DNA of 64,000 nt from Squalus acanthias (Eukaryota). Below are positions 13,026 to 25,292 of the stretch, one piece after another (position 1 is the first letter of the stretch; the number at the start of each line of letters is the position of its first letter). Made by a program: the position numbers and the translations under genes. The stretch is from contig CM059432.1 of NCBI GenBank assembly GCA_030390025.1, positions 150,104,001-150,168,000 of the forward strand, given 5' to 3'. The notes below the pieces were generated by a model. The model saw only the letters and a list, made by a program, of their open reading frames with translations, was not told the DNA's origin and searched no databases.

Positions 13026-13457
13026 GTTAGACATGACTTACCCTTTACAATCCATGCTGGCTCTCTCTCATAAGTTCATATTTGTCCAAATTCTCAGTCA
13101 CTCTGTTCCTAATGACAGATTCTAGTAATTTCCTCACATTAGACATTAGACTAATAGATCTATAATTTCCTGGTTTCTCTCTCCCACCCTTCTTAATTAA
13201 TGGAGTGACTTAGGCAATTTTCCAATACAAGAGAACAATTTCTGAATCGATTGTTTTGTAAGACCATGACTAAAGCATTTGCAATTTCCTTAGCTATTTC
13301 TTTTACTATCCTGGGGTGGATACCATCAGGTCCTGGTGACTTATCCATCTTCAGTCTCATTATTTTCTCCATTACCATTTTATTTACTTATGTTAAATCT
13401 ATTAAGTTCCTCCCCTTGATTTATTTTAATTTTCCTCATATTTCCTCTTCCTTTACA

Positions 13458-13905
13458 GTGTGTTAGCTGTGGCTCAGTTGGTAGCACCCTTGCCTCTGAG
13501 TTCAGACTGTTGTGGGTTCAAGTCCCACTTCAGAGACTTGAACACAAAAATCTAGGCTGACACTCCAGTGAAGTGCTGAGGGAGTGCTGCACTGCTGGAG
13601 GTGCTGTCTTTCAGATGAGACATTAAACCGAGGCCCCGTCTGCTCTCTCAGGTGGACGTAAAGATCCCACGGCACTATTTCGAAGAAGAGCAGGGGAGTT
13701 ATCCCCAAGTGTCCTGGCCAATATTTATCCCTCAATCAACATCACTAAAACAGATTATCTGGTCATGATCACATTGCTGTTTGTGGGACCTTGCTGTGCA
13801 CAAATGGCTGCTGCATTACAACAGTGACTGCACTTCATTGGCTGTAAAGTGCTTCAGAATGTCCGGAGTTCATGAAAGGCGCTATAGAAATGCAAGTCTA
13901 TCTTT
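13458..13905 (+). mobile_element. tRNA-derived Deu-domain SINE (SacSINE1-like)
   Basis: A box TGGCTCAGTTGG, B box GGTTCAAGTCC, Deu core (ttaaaccgaggccccgtctg...gtaaagatccc...gaagagcaggggagt...gtcctggccaatatt), tail gaaaggcgctatagaaatgcaagt. Confidence 0.85.
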
Positions 13906-15139
13906 CTTCTTGAAGACTGATACAAAGTAATTATTTAACAAGCCTGCCAGTTCCTCATTTTCAATGACAATATCACCTGCGTCTGTCTTCAAGGGGCCCA
14001 TATTACCCCTAGCCATCCTTTTTCTCTTAAGATACTTATCAAAAGATACAGTGAAATCTTTGATATCCCTCACAAGGTTTTTCCCGAATTTCCCTTTTTG
14101 CAGCTCTTACTACTTTCTTTGTATACCTTTGCTGTTCTTTATATCAATTAAAATGAAATCCAAATTTATAATGGCAACTCCCTATGTAAACTAGTCACGC
14201 TGGAATTACAGCCTACCTCAGTAAGTGCTTTGCAGCAACACCACTGTCAGGAGGGTTGTAATTACAACGTGACAACTTTCTATTGGTAGTTATATTGGAA
14301 TATTGGAATTGCTGGATGACCATCCTGGTAGTCCATTATAAATTGTTATTTGCAATGAAAATATAGGGTAAGGACAGAATGAATGACTTTAAAATGGGGT
14401 ATTAATTACCCTTGTGTGCCCTGGTTTATTTCCCACCAGGCTTTAAACCTGCTGCACCTGAACATTACAAGGCCGAGACATTCATCCGCAGAGCACCACT
14501 TTCTCGGGCACTAAACAGCCTCCTAAGCCTCCAATATGATGGGCAGGAAGCACATGCTCATTATAATCCGGAAGTGCGCTGCCTAGCGTATTGGTAAAGG
14601 CCATAAAATTGACATGCAGTGGCCACACCTGAAATAGAAGTTATTCCCTTTGCATCAAATAAGGGGCCTAACATCTGCTGAGGCCCCTACTGCAAGATTG
14701 ATTTTCCCTGAGGCAGCCAGCACAGTTTTCACTTAGGAAAACCAGGCCGATATGTGGCCTTACGTGCGGTCCATAAAGGGATCCCTGCAGGCCGCCAACA
14801 ACCAAGTAAGTTTTAAAAATACATACTTACTTGAATAGGGGGCTAGTAGGATCACATTCAAAGAATGTGGGCTGCTGCTAAACACTGATCCTCCCGTCCC
14901 AGTGGCCTGATCTTCTTTCGCTCTTCGTCAGCATGCTGCCTATTGCTCGCCATAGCTTGCCGGCACGATGGGAATGAGACCCGAGGCCCAATATCGGAGG
15001 CACCTCAGGACTCACCATTCCGGTACAGGGATTGTTCCCTGCAACCACCCCCCCCACCCCCACACACCCAAAAATGGAGGCACCAGAAATTCTAAGCCTA
15101 CACATTGTTAACTTCCCCGTGTGCAATGTGGAAATCGAC

Positions 15140-15606
15140 TGGGATGGCAGGAATGACGTATGAGGAGAGATTGGGTCAATTAGGCTTATATTCTCTTGAG
15201 TTTAGAAGAATGAGAGGGGATCTCATTGAAACTTATAAAATTCTAACAGGACTAGACAGACTAGATGCAGGAAGGATGTTCCCGATGGCAGGGGAGTCCA
15301 GAACCAGGGGTCACAGTCTAAGGATAAGGGGTAAGCCATTTAGGACTGAGATGAGGAGGAATTTCTTCACCCAGAGAGTGGTGAACCTGTGGAATTCTCT
15401 ACCACAGAAGGCAGTTGAGGCCAATTCATTAAATATATTCAAGAAGGAGTTAGATATATTTCTTAAGGCTAAAGGGATCAAGGGATATGGGGAGAAAGCA
15501 GGGACAGGGTACTGAATTTGGATGATCAGCCATGATCTCATTAAATGGCGGAGCAGGCTCAAGGGGCCGAATGGCCTACTCCTGCTCCTATCTTCTATGC
15601 TTCTAT
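15140..15606 (+). mobile_element. CR1 LINE 3' end
   Basis: YEERLGQLGLYSLEFRRMRGDLIETYKIL...FFTQRVVNLWNSLP, then 3' UTR and a ttctatg tail. Confidence 0.92.
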
Positions 15607-15649
15607 TAAAAATCTTGCGTATGCACACTTCCTATCCAAAAACTTTACT

Positions 15650-15862
15650 GAAAAAAAAAGCAAAATACTGCAGATGTTGGCAATCAGAAAAAAACAACAG
15701 AAAATGCTGGAAATACTCAGCAGGTCAGGCAGCATATGTGGAGAGAGAAACAGAGTTAACGTTTCAGGTCGATGACCTTTCATAAGATCTGATGAACTCT
15801 CTCCCTCCACAGATGCTGCCTGTCCAGCTGAGTATTTCCAGCATTTTCTGCTTTTATTTCAG
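15650..15862. mobile_element. Short inverted-repeat derivative of a Penelope-like element terminus (family 2)
   Basis: aaatgctggaaatactcagcaggtcaggcagcat... and its reverse complement face each other; contains a decayed hammerhead core. Confidence 0.65.
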
Positions 15863-15914
15863 AAACTTTACTTCCTGTGATGAGGATTTTTTTTTGTGCT
15901 TTTATGTTAACAAA

Positions 15915-16478
15915 TACAACAACAACAACTTGTTTTTATAGAGCGCCTTTAACAAAGTAAAATGTCCCAAGGCACTTCACAGGAGCGTTATAAGGATAAA
16001 TTAGGGCAGGTGACCAAAATCTTGGTCAAAGAGGTAGGTTTTAAGGAACGTTTTAAAGGAGGAAAGAGAGGTAGCGAGGCAGAGAGGTTTCGGGAGGGAA
16101 TTCCAGAGCTTAGGGCCGAGGCAACAGAAGGCACGGCCACCAATGGTGGAGGATGCTCAAGAGGCCAGAATTAGAAGAGCGCAGATCTCTCGGGGGGTTG
16201 TAGGGCTGAAGGAGATTACAGAGATAGGGAGGGGGCGAGGCCATGGAGGTATTTGAAAACAAGGCTGAGAATTTTAAAATTGAGGAGCTGCTTAACCGGG
16301 AGCCAATGTAGGTCAGCGAGCACAGGGGTGATGGGTGAATGGGACTTGGTGCAAGTTAGTACATGGGCAGCCGAGTTTTGGATGACCTCAAGTTTATGGA
16401 GGGTAGAATGTGGGAGGCCGGCCAGGAGTGCGTTGGAATAGTCAAGTCTAGAAGTAGCAAAGACATGGATGAGGGTTC
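15915..16478 (-). mobile_element. L2-type LINE 3' fragment
   Basis: Homologous to 30385-31160; (aac)n tail and agcgcctttaa terminus. Confidence 0.7.
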
Positions 16479-17386
16479 CACATCTTCACGCCCTTCATAT
16501 AAGTGAATGCAGCATCTTCCTGATCTCGGTGTTTAACTGCACATGTGTGGACGCCAGAAGTTGCTGTCCAATTTACTGCTTAATAATGGTGAGCGATGAT
16601 AGCCTCACCGTTATTCCTACTGCAAAATTTTTGGTCAATATTTATATATATACATACACACATGCACACACATATGCTGTGCCACAGGCCAGTCATGTGA
16701 GTCTGTATGCCCATCTCACTACAGCCTGATCTGAATCATGTTATCAGGTAAAGGAGCCAAGCACAGGTCAGGATACCTTGCATAGGGAATATCAGAGGGC
16801 AATCAGAGGGAATATCAGAAGTAGCTCCTGTGAGGCCTATTCAAGGAAGTGATTAGGGTAAGGATAACCAGATTAGAGTCATTGGGGGAAAAATTCAGTT
16901 GGTTGCGCCTCCCGTTAGCGCCTTAAGAGGGCGCTAATGGGGCGCAAAGCCACTAGCGCCCGGGCGCAGCGATATTTGCGTCGCTCGGGAACTTAACTAG
17001 ACATTGTGCGGCGGCGCTAAACTTTACCGCTGCGACCACCTGCGCGCGCAGATTGTGACGTCATTCCATGGTGCAACGCCCTTGTGGCACCCCGGAGTGG
17101 AAATTGAATGGCGCCCCCTGCCTTACCGCCTGGCGCATCCAACGACCGGAAGACTGGAACGCTATCAATCGCTGTGGGGGGGGCTATTTAAAGGGGGCCA
17201 CTTCCTGTCTTTTTCTGTGGTTGACATTTTTGCACCACTCGTTCTGAGAGAGAGAGAGAGATTCGGAGAGAGAGAAAGAGAGACTTCTGCATTGAGTCAA
17301 CGCTTTGTGAGGTAGTTTTGCCTACTGATCCTAACTTCGCTGGTACTTTGGTTGCTGTCCTTCATAACTTTGCTTGCAAAGAGACT

Positions 17387-18539
17387 ATGGGGGCTGCACT
17401 GATTGGGGGCGTCGTCCTGCTCCAGCTGAATTGGAGGACACAGAGACGCAGAGAGAGAGTGGCAATGATGGCCAGACAGAGGAGGGCCAACAGGCGTATG
17501 TACAGGAGAGCTTACCCTCCCAGGGTATATCGTGAACAGCTCTCCTACATTCATATGTCTGAGGAGCTGTGTTTGCGAAGGCTGCGATTCAGCAAGGAGG
17601 TGGTCACTGAGCTCTGCCACCTGCTGCAGCCAGATCTGCAGCCTCAACTGTGGTCCAGGACGTCTCTGTCGGTGGCAGTGAAGGTCACAGTGGCTCTCAA
17701 CTTCTATGCTACTGGCTCATTTCAAGCTGCTGCTGGGGACCTCGCCAATATCTCCCAGTTCGCGGTGCATTACTGCATCTGGCAGGTCACAAATGCCCTC
17801 TTTAAAAGAAGACGAGAGTTCATCTCTTTCCCCATGACCCCAGACAAGCAGCGTGACCGCGCTCTGGGCTTTGCGAGGATAGCGGGCTTCCCCATGGTGC
17901 AGGGCGCCATTGACTGCACGCATGTGGCTCCACATGAGAATGCCGAGGATTTCCGGAACAGAAAGGGGTTCCATTCCTTGAATGTTCAGTTGGTCTGTGA
18001 CCACAGACAGCTGATACTCGCTGTCAATGCCCACTATCCTGGCAGCTGCCACGATGCTTTCATCCTGCGCCAGACTACTGTGGCAGAACTTTTCGAGGCA
18101 CCGCATCAGCCAGTTGGTTGGCTTCTCGGGGACAAGGGGTATCCATTGAGCACCTGGCTGATGACACCGCTCCGTACGCCCAACACCCCTGCTGAGCTGC
18201 GGTACAACGAGAGCCATCAAGCTACCAGGAACATCATTGAGCGCACAATCGGCGTGCTGAAGCAACGGTTCCGCTGTCTCGACCATTCTGGAGGAGCCCT
18301 GCAGTACTCGCCTGAGCGAGTATCCAACTTCGTATGTTGTGTGCTGCATGTTGCATAACATGGCAATCGTCAGGACCCAGCCAATGCCACCAGGCCTTGG
18401 AGCACCACCAGAGGAGGAGGAGGAAGAGGAGGAAGAGGACGAGGAGGATGATCATCAGCAGCACCAAGGCGGGAGGGCGGCCCACAATGGTGAAGCTGCA
18501 AGGGCCGTCCGTCAACGGCTGATAGCAAGCCGCTTCTAG
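17387..18539 (+). pseudogene. Harbinger DDE transposase (DDE_Tnp_4/HARBI1-like) with one +1 frameshift near 18335
   Basis: ATG at 17387; motifs ALNFYATGSFQ, GAIDCTH, NRKGFHSLNVQLVCD, HDAFIL, LGDKGY and IIERTIG. The C-terminus (VVCCMLHN...EEEE...RLIASRF*) continues in the next frame. Confidence 0.92.
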
Positions 18540-18848
18540 GGCCCCGCTGTGGAAATGGCTTCTGCCATTGCTAACAACATCAATGAACCCAGCACGCAAC
18601 CCCTAAGCCGGCCAAGGCACCAATGATTCCAAACACCAAACATGTATATTTTGAATACAAAAACTTATTTATTTTACAAACTCTGTGTGTGTCATTTCCT
18701 CATGACAAACTCAGAAATAAACACAAAAAAACAGTCATTAACATAACTGGTTCTCACAACCTGGAGATAATGTCCAAAACACGAGTCAAAAGTTGGACCA
18801 CGAACCTCGGCCTTTAATAAAAAAATGACCAGCATTTTGTCACACCTC

Positions 18849-20776
18849 CTACTTTTTGCCCTTCGAGGGTGATCTCCTTCCCTTGCGCACTTCCCCCCTT
18901 CTAACCCTACTGCTCCTCCGTAATGGGACCTCAGTGGCTGCAGCAAGGCTGGTGGAAGGCTGCTGATCGTCAGACCCTGACACTGCAGATGCCCCTGAAG
19001 GACGGCCTCGACCAGTTCTGGGCCTGGAGGGCCCGGCTGCAGACTGCACCAACTCTGCATGGGCGGCAGCAGTCTGTCCTACAGGCGGTGGCAAGTGCAG
19101 TGGAGAAGTGACAGTGTTGGCAGCAGGAATGCAGTCATCGAGAGAGAGGACAGCAACTCCCTGCTCGCCCGACACACTGGCACTCCCACGGGGCAGCACT
19201 TCAGCATCCGGAGCAATCTGCTGGAGCACAGATTGCTGGCCTGCTGCGGCGCGGTGAGAGCCCCGGGGACATGTGAATGAACCATCGAGGTTGGCAGCAG
19301 TCAGTGCTCGCGTGGCCTCAATCTGAGTCTGCATGAGAGCAGTCAGAGATGGGATCACGGCAGTCAGTGACTGAATTGCAGCACTAAGCTTTAGTGTGGC
19401 ATCCGCCTGTGCTACAGCGAAGTGCTCCACACTCCTTGCCAGTGACTCAATGCATTCGGGCACCCTTCCCACTGCACCCATGAGCTCAGTGTGCATGCCC
19501 ACCGCCTGGGTGTTCATTTCTGCGATCAGCCGCTCCTCCTCTGCGTCCATTGCAGTAGGAGTCGCTGGCATACTCTCCCTCTGGGGAGAAGGCCCCCATT
19601 CTTCCCTACCCCCATGGCGTTGCTGCAGCCCGCTGGGTCCTGGAGCTTCACCCTCATCAGACCCTTCCCCCCTGCTCCCCTCCAGGGAAGGCGTGTTCCC
19701 AGTGTGGGCATGGGCTTCCTCGGGAGAGGGTGGCACTGATGCTCCGGCTTCCTCTTCCTCCTCGGCTGCAGCTTCACTCCCACTGGCAGCTTCAGGGCCC
19801 GTCTCCTCAGCTGGTGAATCACCATCTGAAAGCAGGGAGGTACAAGAGTGGCTTTAGCGTGAGGACAGGGTGGCAGTAAGGGAGGAATAAGTGCAGCGAG
19901 TTAGCAAGTTGGATTGAAAGTGTCAAAGGCTGGTGTTGTGAGGGACAAGTGGAAGGACAGAGGACAAAAAGGTGATGACCTTACCATTGCTGTCCAGAAC
20001 GGGGTCGGCGTCTCCAGTGGCGATGGGACCGATCACCCGGCTTGCCACAATCCTGTGGACGCGCTCCTCAAGATCGCTGAGGGGTTGCAGCTGAGGCCGC
20101 CCTCCACCTGTCCGTTGCTGCTGTCTCCTATTATGCGCCAGCTTGGCCTGCAAGAAAAAGGACAGCATCTGAGTAAATATACAGCCATGGTCTTGCCTGA
20201 TGTGCCTCCCATAGGTGAATAGCCCTTACTGTATACAGCCATGGTCTTGCCTGATGTGCCTCCCATAGGTGAATAGCCCTTACTGTATACAGCCATGGTC
20301 TTGCCTGATGTGCCTCCCATAGGTGAATAGCCCTTATTGTATACAGCCATGGTCTTGCCTGATGTGCCTCCCATAGGTGAATAGCCCTTACTGTATGCAA
20401 AGTGTGGAATGTGTGTGTGTGTTTCATGAAAGGGCCATAGGTGTTGGATGAGTGTTGTGCATTGGGGTTTTAAGACCCTCTGGCCATAGAGTGAGGTTGA
20501 GATGGAGGGATGGAGAGGTATTGAGAAAAAGCCACTCACCCTGACGACCCGAGTGAGGTCGTTGAACTTTTTGCAGCATTGAACATGGGTCCTGGGCACC
20601 ATGCTCCTGGAGGAGACGCTCTGAGCCACCTCCCTCCACACTCTTCTGTACTCGCGTGGCAAAGGCCTCCTGCCACTCTCAGGGAAGAGTATAGATCTTC
20701 TGCACTCCACCGCGCCAACCAGAGCATCCAAGGCCCGTTCGGTGAAGCGCTGAGCTCGTTCTCTCACCCTCTCCAT
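18849..20776 (-). CDS. Harbinger Myb/SANT-like DNA-binding protein, 3 exons (20776-20540, 20147-19985, 19825-18849), 458 aa
   Basis: Trihelix motif RFT..LDALVGAV..RRSILF..WREVA..QCCKKFNDL. GT-AG introns (gtgagt/ttgcag; gtaagg/tttcag) with phases 0 and 1 give a continuous frame. Confidence 0.85.
20178..20396. repeat. Minisatellite, 4 x 54 bp, in Myb intron 1
   Basis: Unit tatacagccatggtcttgcctgatgtgcctcccataggtgaatagcccttactg. Confidence 0.95.
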
Positions 20777-21389
20777 CCTTGGCTGCAAAATGGATTCACA
20801 GGTCTCTCCAGGCCGAGATTCAAGGCTGCAATGAGCAGGGTGTGGCTGGGGAGCAAGTTGCCCCCCCCCCTTTAAGAACTGGCCGGCGCCAGTGTGTCTG
20901 TGTTCCCTCGCTAACTGGCAGCACCTGAGCTGCGCTCGCGCACTGAGTTAGCGCCTCACTGCTCGGCCTTTGCACCTTAAGACAGGTGTGCAGCACCTGA
21001 TTTAGCGCTCCACTCACCTCCCGGGGCGGTAAAAGTGAAGTTTCCAGTCAGTGGCGATAATTAGCGCCAGGCGCTAATTTTTGCGTCCAGACGATATTTG
21101 CGCCCCAAACGGGGCGCGACCTAATTTTTCCCCCATTGAGTCATAGAGTTATACAGCACGGATAGAGGCCCTTCGGCCCATCGTGTCCGCGCCGGCCATC
21201 AAGCCCTGTCTAATCTAATCCCATATTCCAGCATTTGGTCCGTAGCCTTGTATGCTATGGTATTTCAAGTGCTCATCCAAATGCTTCTTGAATGTTAGTC
21301 ATGATGCGGAGATGCCGGCGTTGGACTGGGGTGGACAAAAATGAGAAGTCGCACAACACCAGGTTATAGTCCAACAGATTTATTTAAAA

Positions 21390-21427
21390 TTACAAGCTTT
21401 CGGAGCTGTCGCCCCTTCGTCAGGCAA
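21390..21427 (-). ncRNA. Minimal type I hammerhead ribozyme motif
   Basis: Reverse complement of the motif at 22357-22394. Confidence 0.7.
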
Positions 21428-22356
21428 AGTTACTGTGAGAGAATCTATCAGAATTCACAGAATATAAAAACACAGAGAAAATGCATAGATTAAATCTTTC
21501 CCTACATCAAAGACACACTAATAGCACAGCCAAGACAATGAGATGTGTCCCAGGGGGTCCAACGCGTCAGAACACCTGCTGGCTGCATATCCTCTCCATT
21601 TTCTGTGTTTGTTTCTTGTGGTTTTTTTTTAAAAACTGGAAAGACCGGCAAAGATGTCAAGTCACGTTCTATAGCGTGACATGAACCCGATATCCCGATT
21701 GAGGTGGAGCATCGTGAGGTTGTCCGTGGGCTTGCGGTAGAGTGAAGTGCTGAGGCGTCCATCTTTGATGGAGATTCGTGTGTCCAAGAATGAAACCGAT
21801 TCTGAGGAGTAGTCCATGGTGAGTTTGATGGTGGGATGGAACCTGTTGATGCATGGTACATCGGCGAGACCATGCAGACACTGAGACAACGTATGAACGG
21901 ACACCGCGCAACAATCGGCAAGCAGGATGGTTGCCTCCCAGTCGGGGAACACTTCAGCAGTCAAGGGCATTCAGCCTCGGATCTGCGGGTTAGCGTTCTC
22001 CAAGGCGGCCTTCGTGATACACGACAACGCAAAATCATCGAGCAGAAACTGATAGCCAAGTTCCGCACTCATGAGGACGGCCTCAATCGGGATATCGGGT
22101 TCATGTCACGCTATAGAACGTGACTTGACATCTTTGCCGGTCTTTCCAGTTTTTAAAAAAAAACACAAGAAACAAACACAAAAAATGGAGAGGATATGCA
22201 GCCAGCAGGTGTTCTGACGCGTTGGACCCCCTGGGACACATCTCATTGTCTTGGCTGTGCTCTTAGTGTGTCTTTGATGTAGGGAAAGATTTAATCTATG
22301 CATTTTCTCTGTGTTTTTATATTCTGTGAATTCTGATAGATTCTCTCACAGTAACT

Positions 22357-22394
22357 TTGCCTGACGAAGGGGCGACAGCTCCGAAAGCTTGTAA
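22357..22394 (+). ncRNA. Minimal type I hammerhead ribozyme motif
   Basis: uugc-CUGACGA-aggggc gaca gcucc-GAAA-GC-UU-guaa; stems I and II can pair; palindromic AAGCUU at stem III. Confidence 0.7.
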
Positions 22395-25292
22395 TTTTAA
22401 ATAAATCTGTTGGACTATAACCTGGTGTTGTGCGACTTCTCATTTTTCTTGAATGTTGTGAGGGTTCCTGCCTCCACAACCCTTTCAGGCAGTGAGTTCC
22501 AGACTCCAACCACCCTCTGGGTGAAAAAGTTCGTTCTCAAATCCCTTCTAAACCTCCCGCCCTTTACCTTGAATCTATGCCCCCTTGTTATAGACCCCTC
22601 TACTAAGGGAAAAAGCTCCTTATTATCCATCCTATCTATGCCCCTCATAATTTTGTACACCTCAATCATGTCCCCCCTCAGCCTCCTCTGCTCCAAGGAA
22701 AACAAACCCAATCTGCCCAGTCTCTCTTCATAGCTGAAGCACTCCAGCCCGGGTAACATTCTGGTGAATCCCCTCTGCACCCTCTCCAAAGCGATCACAT
22801 CCTTCCTGTAGTGTGGCGACCAGAACTGCACACAGTATTCCAGATGTGGCCTAACCAGTGTTTTATACAGCTCCATCATAACCTCCTTGCTCTTATATTC
22901 TATGCCTCGGCTAATGAATGCAAGTATCCCATATGCCTTTTTTACCACCTTATCCACCTGTTCCGCCGCCTTCAGAGATCTGTGTACTTGCACACCAAGA
23001 TCCCTCTGACCTTCCGTCTTGCCTAGGGTCTTACCATTCATTGTGTATTCCCTTGCCTTGTTAGTCCCTCCAAAGTGCATCACCTCGCACTTTTCCGGAT
23101 TAAATTCCATTTGCCACTGTTCCGCCCATCTGACCAACCCATCTATATCGTCCTGCAGACTGAGGCTACCCTCCTCGCTATTTACCACCGTACCAATTTT
23201 TGTATCATCCGCGAACTTACTGATCATACCTTTTACATTCATATCCAAGTCGTTAATGTAGACCACAAACAGCAAGGGACCCAGCACCGATCCCTGTGGT
23301 ACCCCACTGGCCACAGGCTTCCAGTCACAAAAACAACCTTCGACCATCACCCTCTGCCTTCTGCCACTGAGCCAGTTTTGTATCCAATGTGCCAAGGCAC
23401 CCTGGATTCCATGGGCTCTTACCTTCTTGACCAGTCTCCTGTGCGGGACTTTATCGAAGGCCTTACTGAAATCCATGTATACCACATCCACTGCGTTACC
23501 CTCATCCACACACCTAGTCACCCCCTCAAAAAATTCAATCAAATTAGTCAGACATGATCTTCCCTTGACAAAGCCATGTTGGCTAACCCTGATTAATCCT
23601 TGCCTCTCCAAGTGGAGACTGATTTTGTCCCTCAGAATTTTTTCCAATAATTTTCCTACCACTGATGTTAAGCTCACTGGCCTGTAGTTCCCCGGTTTTT
23701 CCCTACTCCCTTTCTTGAATAATGGTACTACATTAGCGGCTCTCCAGTCCTCTGGCACATCCCCTGTGGCCAGAGAGGTTCTGAATATATGTGTTAGAGC
23801 CCCCGCAATCTCCTCCTTTGCCTCACACAGCAGCCTGGGATACATTTCGTCCGGACCTGGGGATTTATCCATTTTTAGACCTGCTAAAACCGCCAATACC
23901 TCCTCCCTCTCGATGTTAAAATGTTCGAGTATATCACAGTCCCCCTGCCCTAATTTTATGTCTGCATCGTCCTTCTCCATAGTGAAAACAGATGCAAAAA
24001 ATTCATTTAGAACCCCACCTACATCTTCCGGCTCCACACACAGATTGCCACTTTTGTCCCTAATGGGCCCTATTTTTTCCCTAGTTATCCTCTTACCCTT
24101 AATATACTTATAAAACATCTTAGGATTTTCCTTTATTTTGCTCGCCAGTGTTATTTCATGGCCCCTCCTTGATCTCCTAATTTCTTTTTTAAGTATCCCC
24201 CTGCACTTTTTGTACTCCTCTAGGGTTTCCTCCGTCTTTAGTATTTTGTATCTGCCAAAAGCCCTCCTTTTTTTCCAGATCCATTCTCGTATATCCCCTG
24301 ACATCCAAGGTTCCCTGCGGTTTTTGGAACCACCCTTGACCTTTACGGGAACATGCTGCCATTGTATGATCTCAATCTCCCTTCTGAAAGAATCCCATTG
24401 CTCCGATGCGGATTTTCCTACAAGCAGCTGATCCCAGTCCCTTTTGGCCAGATCCTGCCTTATCCTATTAAAATCGGCCTTCCCCCAATTTAGAACCTGT
24501 ATTTCCGGCCCATCCCTGTCCTTTTCCATGACCACCTTAAATCTCACCGTATTATGGTCACTGTCACCAAAGTGCTCACCTACTAGCACTTCTTCCACTT
24601 GGCCGGCCACATTCCCTAGAATTAGGTCCAGTACCGCCCCCTCTCTTGTAGGACTTTCTACATGCTGGCTCAAAAAGCTCTCCTGGATGCACTTTAAGAA
24701 TTTTGACCCCTCTAAGCCTTTCACACTCTGACTATCCCAGTTAATATTGGGGAAGTTGAAATCCCCCATTATTATTACCCTATTATTTGCACATTTCTCT
24801 GAGATTTGCCTACATATCTGTTCCTCTATCTCCCCCTGACTGTTTGGGGGCCTATAGTACGCTCCCAGCAAAGTGCTTGCCCCCTTTTTGTTTTTAAGCT
24901 CCACCCATATAGCCTCATTGGAGGAACCTGCTAATATATCATCCCTCCTTATGGCAGTAATTGATTCCTTAATTAATATTGCGACACCCCCTCCTCTTAT
25001 ACCTCCCCCTCTGTCTCGCCTGAAGATTCTGTACCCCGGAATATTGAGCTGCCAGTCTTGCCCCTCCCTCAACCATGTCTCCGTGATAGCAACAATATCA
25101 TACTCCCATGTGTTTATCAACACCTTCAGTTCATCCACCTTATTCGCTAGACTCCTTGCATTAAAATAGATGCCTTCCAGCCTTGCTCTTACATGTTTGC
25201 CCTGTCTTCCAAGCTGACTTGTTTTTTCTCTATGTTTGACTGTACATCACCCTCTATTGTAGCTCCACTCTGTATCCCATCCCCCTGCCAAG

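Larger units (their letters stand above)
11291..14145 (-). mobile_element. Decayed CR1 LINE ORF2 interrupted by a MITE, a LINE and a SINE
   Basis: Collinear fragments PQGSVLGPQLF/KFADYTKLGG, KSPGPDGIHPR and GPLKTDAGDIV separated by the inserts. Confidence 0.85.
16884..21134 (+). mobile_element. Near-intact PIF/Harbinger DNA transposon, TSD ATT
   Basis: 12-bp TIR GGGGGAAAAATT/AATTTTTCCCCC; att at 16881-16883 and 21135-21137; convergent transposase and Myb genes; repeated TTAGCGCC subterminal motifs. Confidence 0.95.
21297..22445. mobile_element. Rearranged (inverted, internally deleted) Neptune-type Penelope insert, 12-bp TSD
   Basis: ttcttgaatgtt at 21285-21296 and 22446-22457; GIY-YIG C-terminus WYIGETMQTLRQRMNGHR; inverted termini. 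Confidence 0.93.
21215..25138 (-). pseudogene. CR1 ORF2 (APE endonuclease + reverse transcriptase)
   Basis: 907-aa ORF with ITETW, GDFN, SDH, QHGF, PQGSVLGP and FADD. The true C-terminus (KHLDEHLKYHSIQGYGPNAGIWD*) resumes left of the Penelope insert, stop at 21215. Confidence 0.93.

Noticed and set aside
13458..13535. tRNA gene
   Set aside because: The A and B boxes belong to a SINE head continuous with the Deu domain.
17318..20788. Domesticated HARBI1/NAIF1 host genes
   Set aside because: TIRs, TSD, a frameshift and multiple relatives show this is a mobile element. The TTG-start extensions in the ORF track are not real starts.
22811..25169. Many 60-175 aa ORFs antisense to LINE/PLE ORFs (also 45.5-47.6 kb and 48-53.7 kb)
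   Set aside because: Shadow ORFs of coding TE sequence with no independent motifs.
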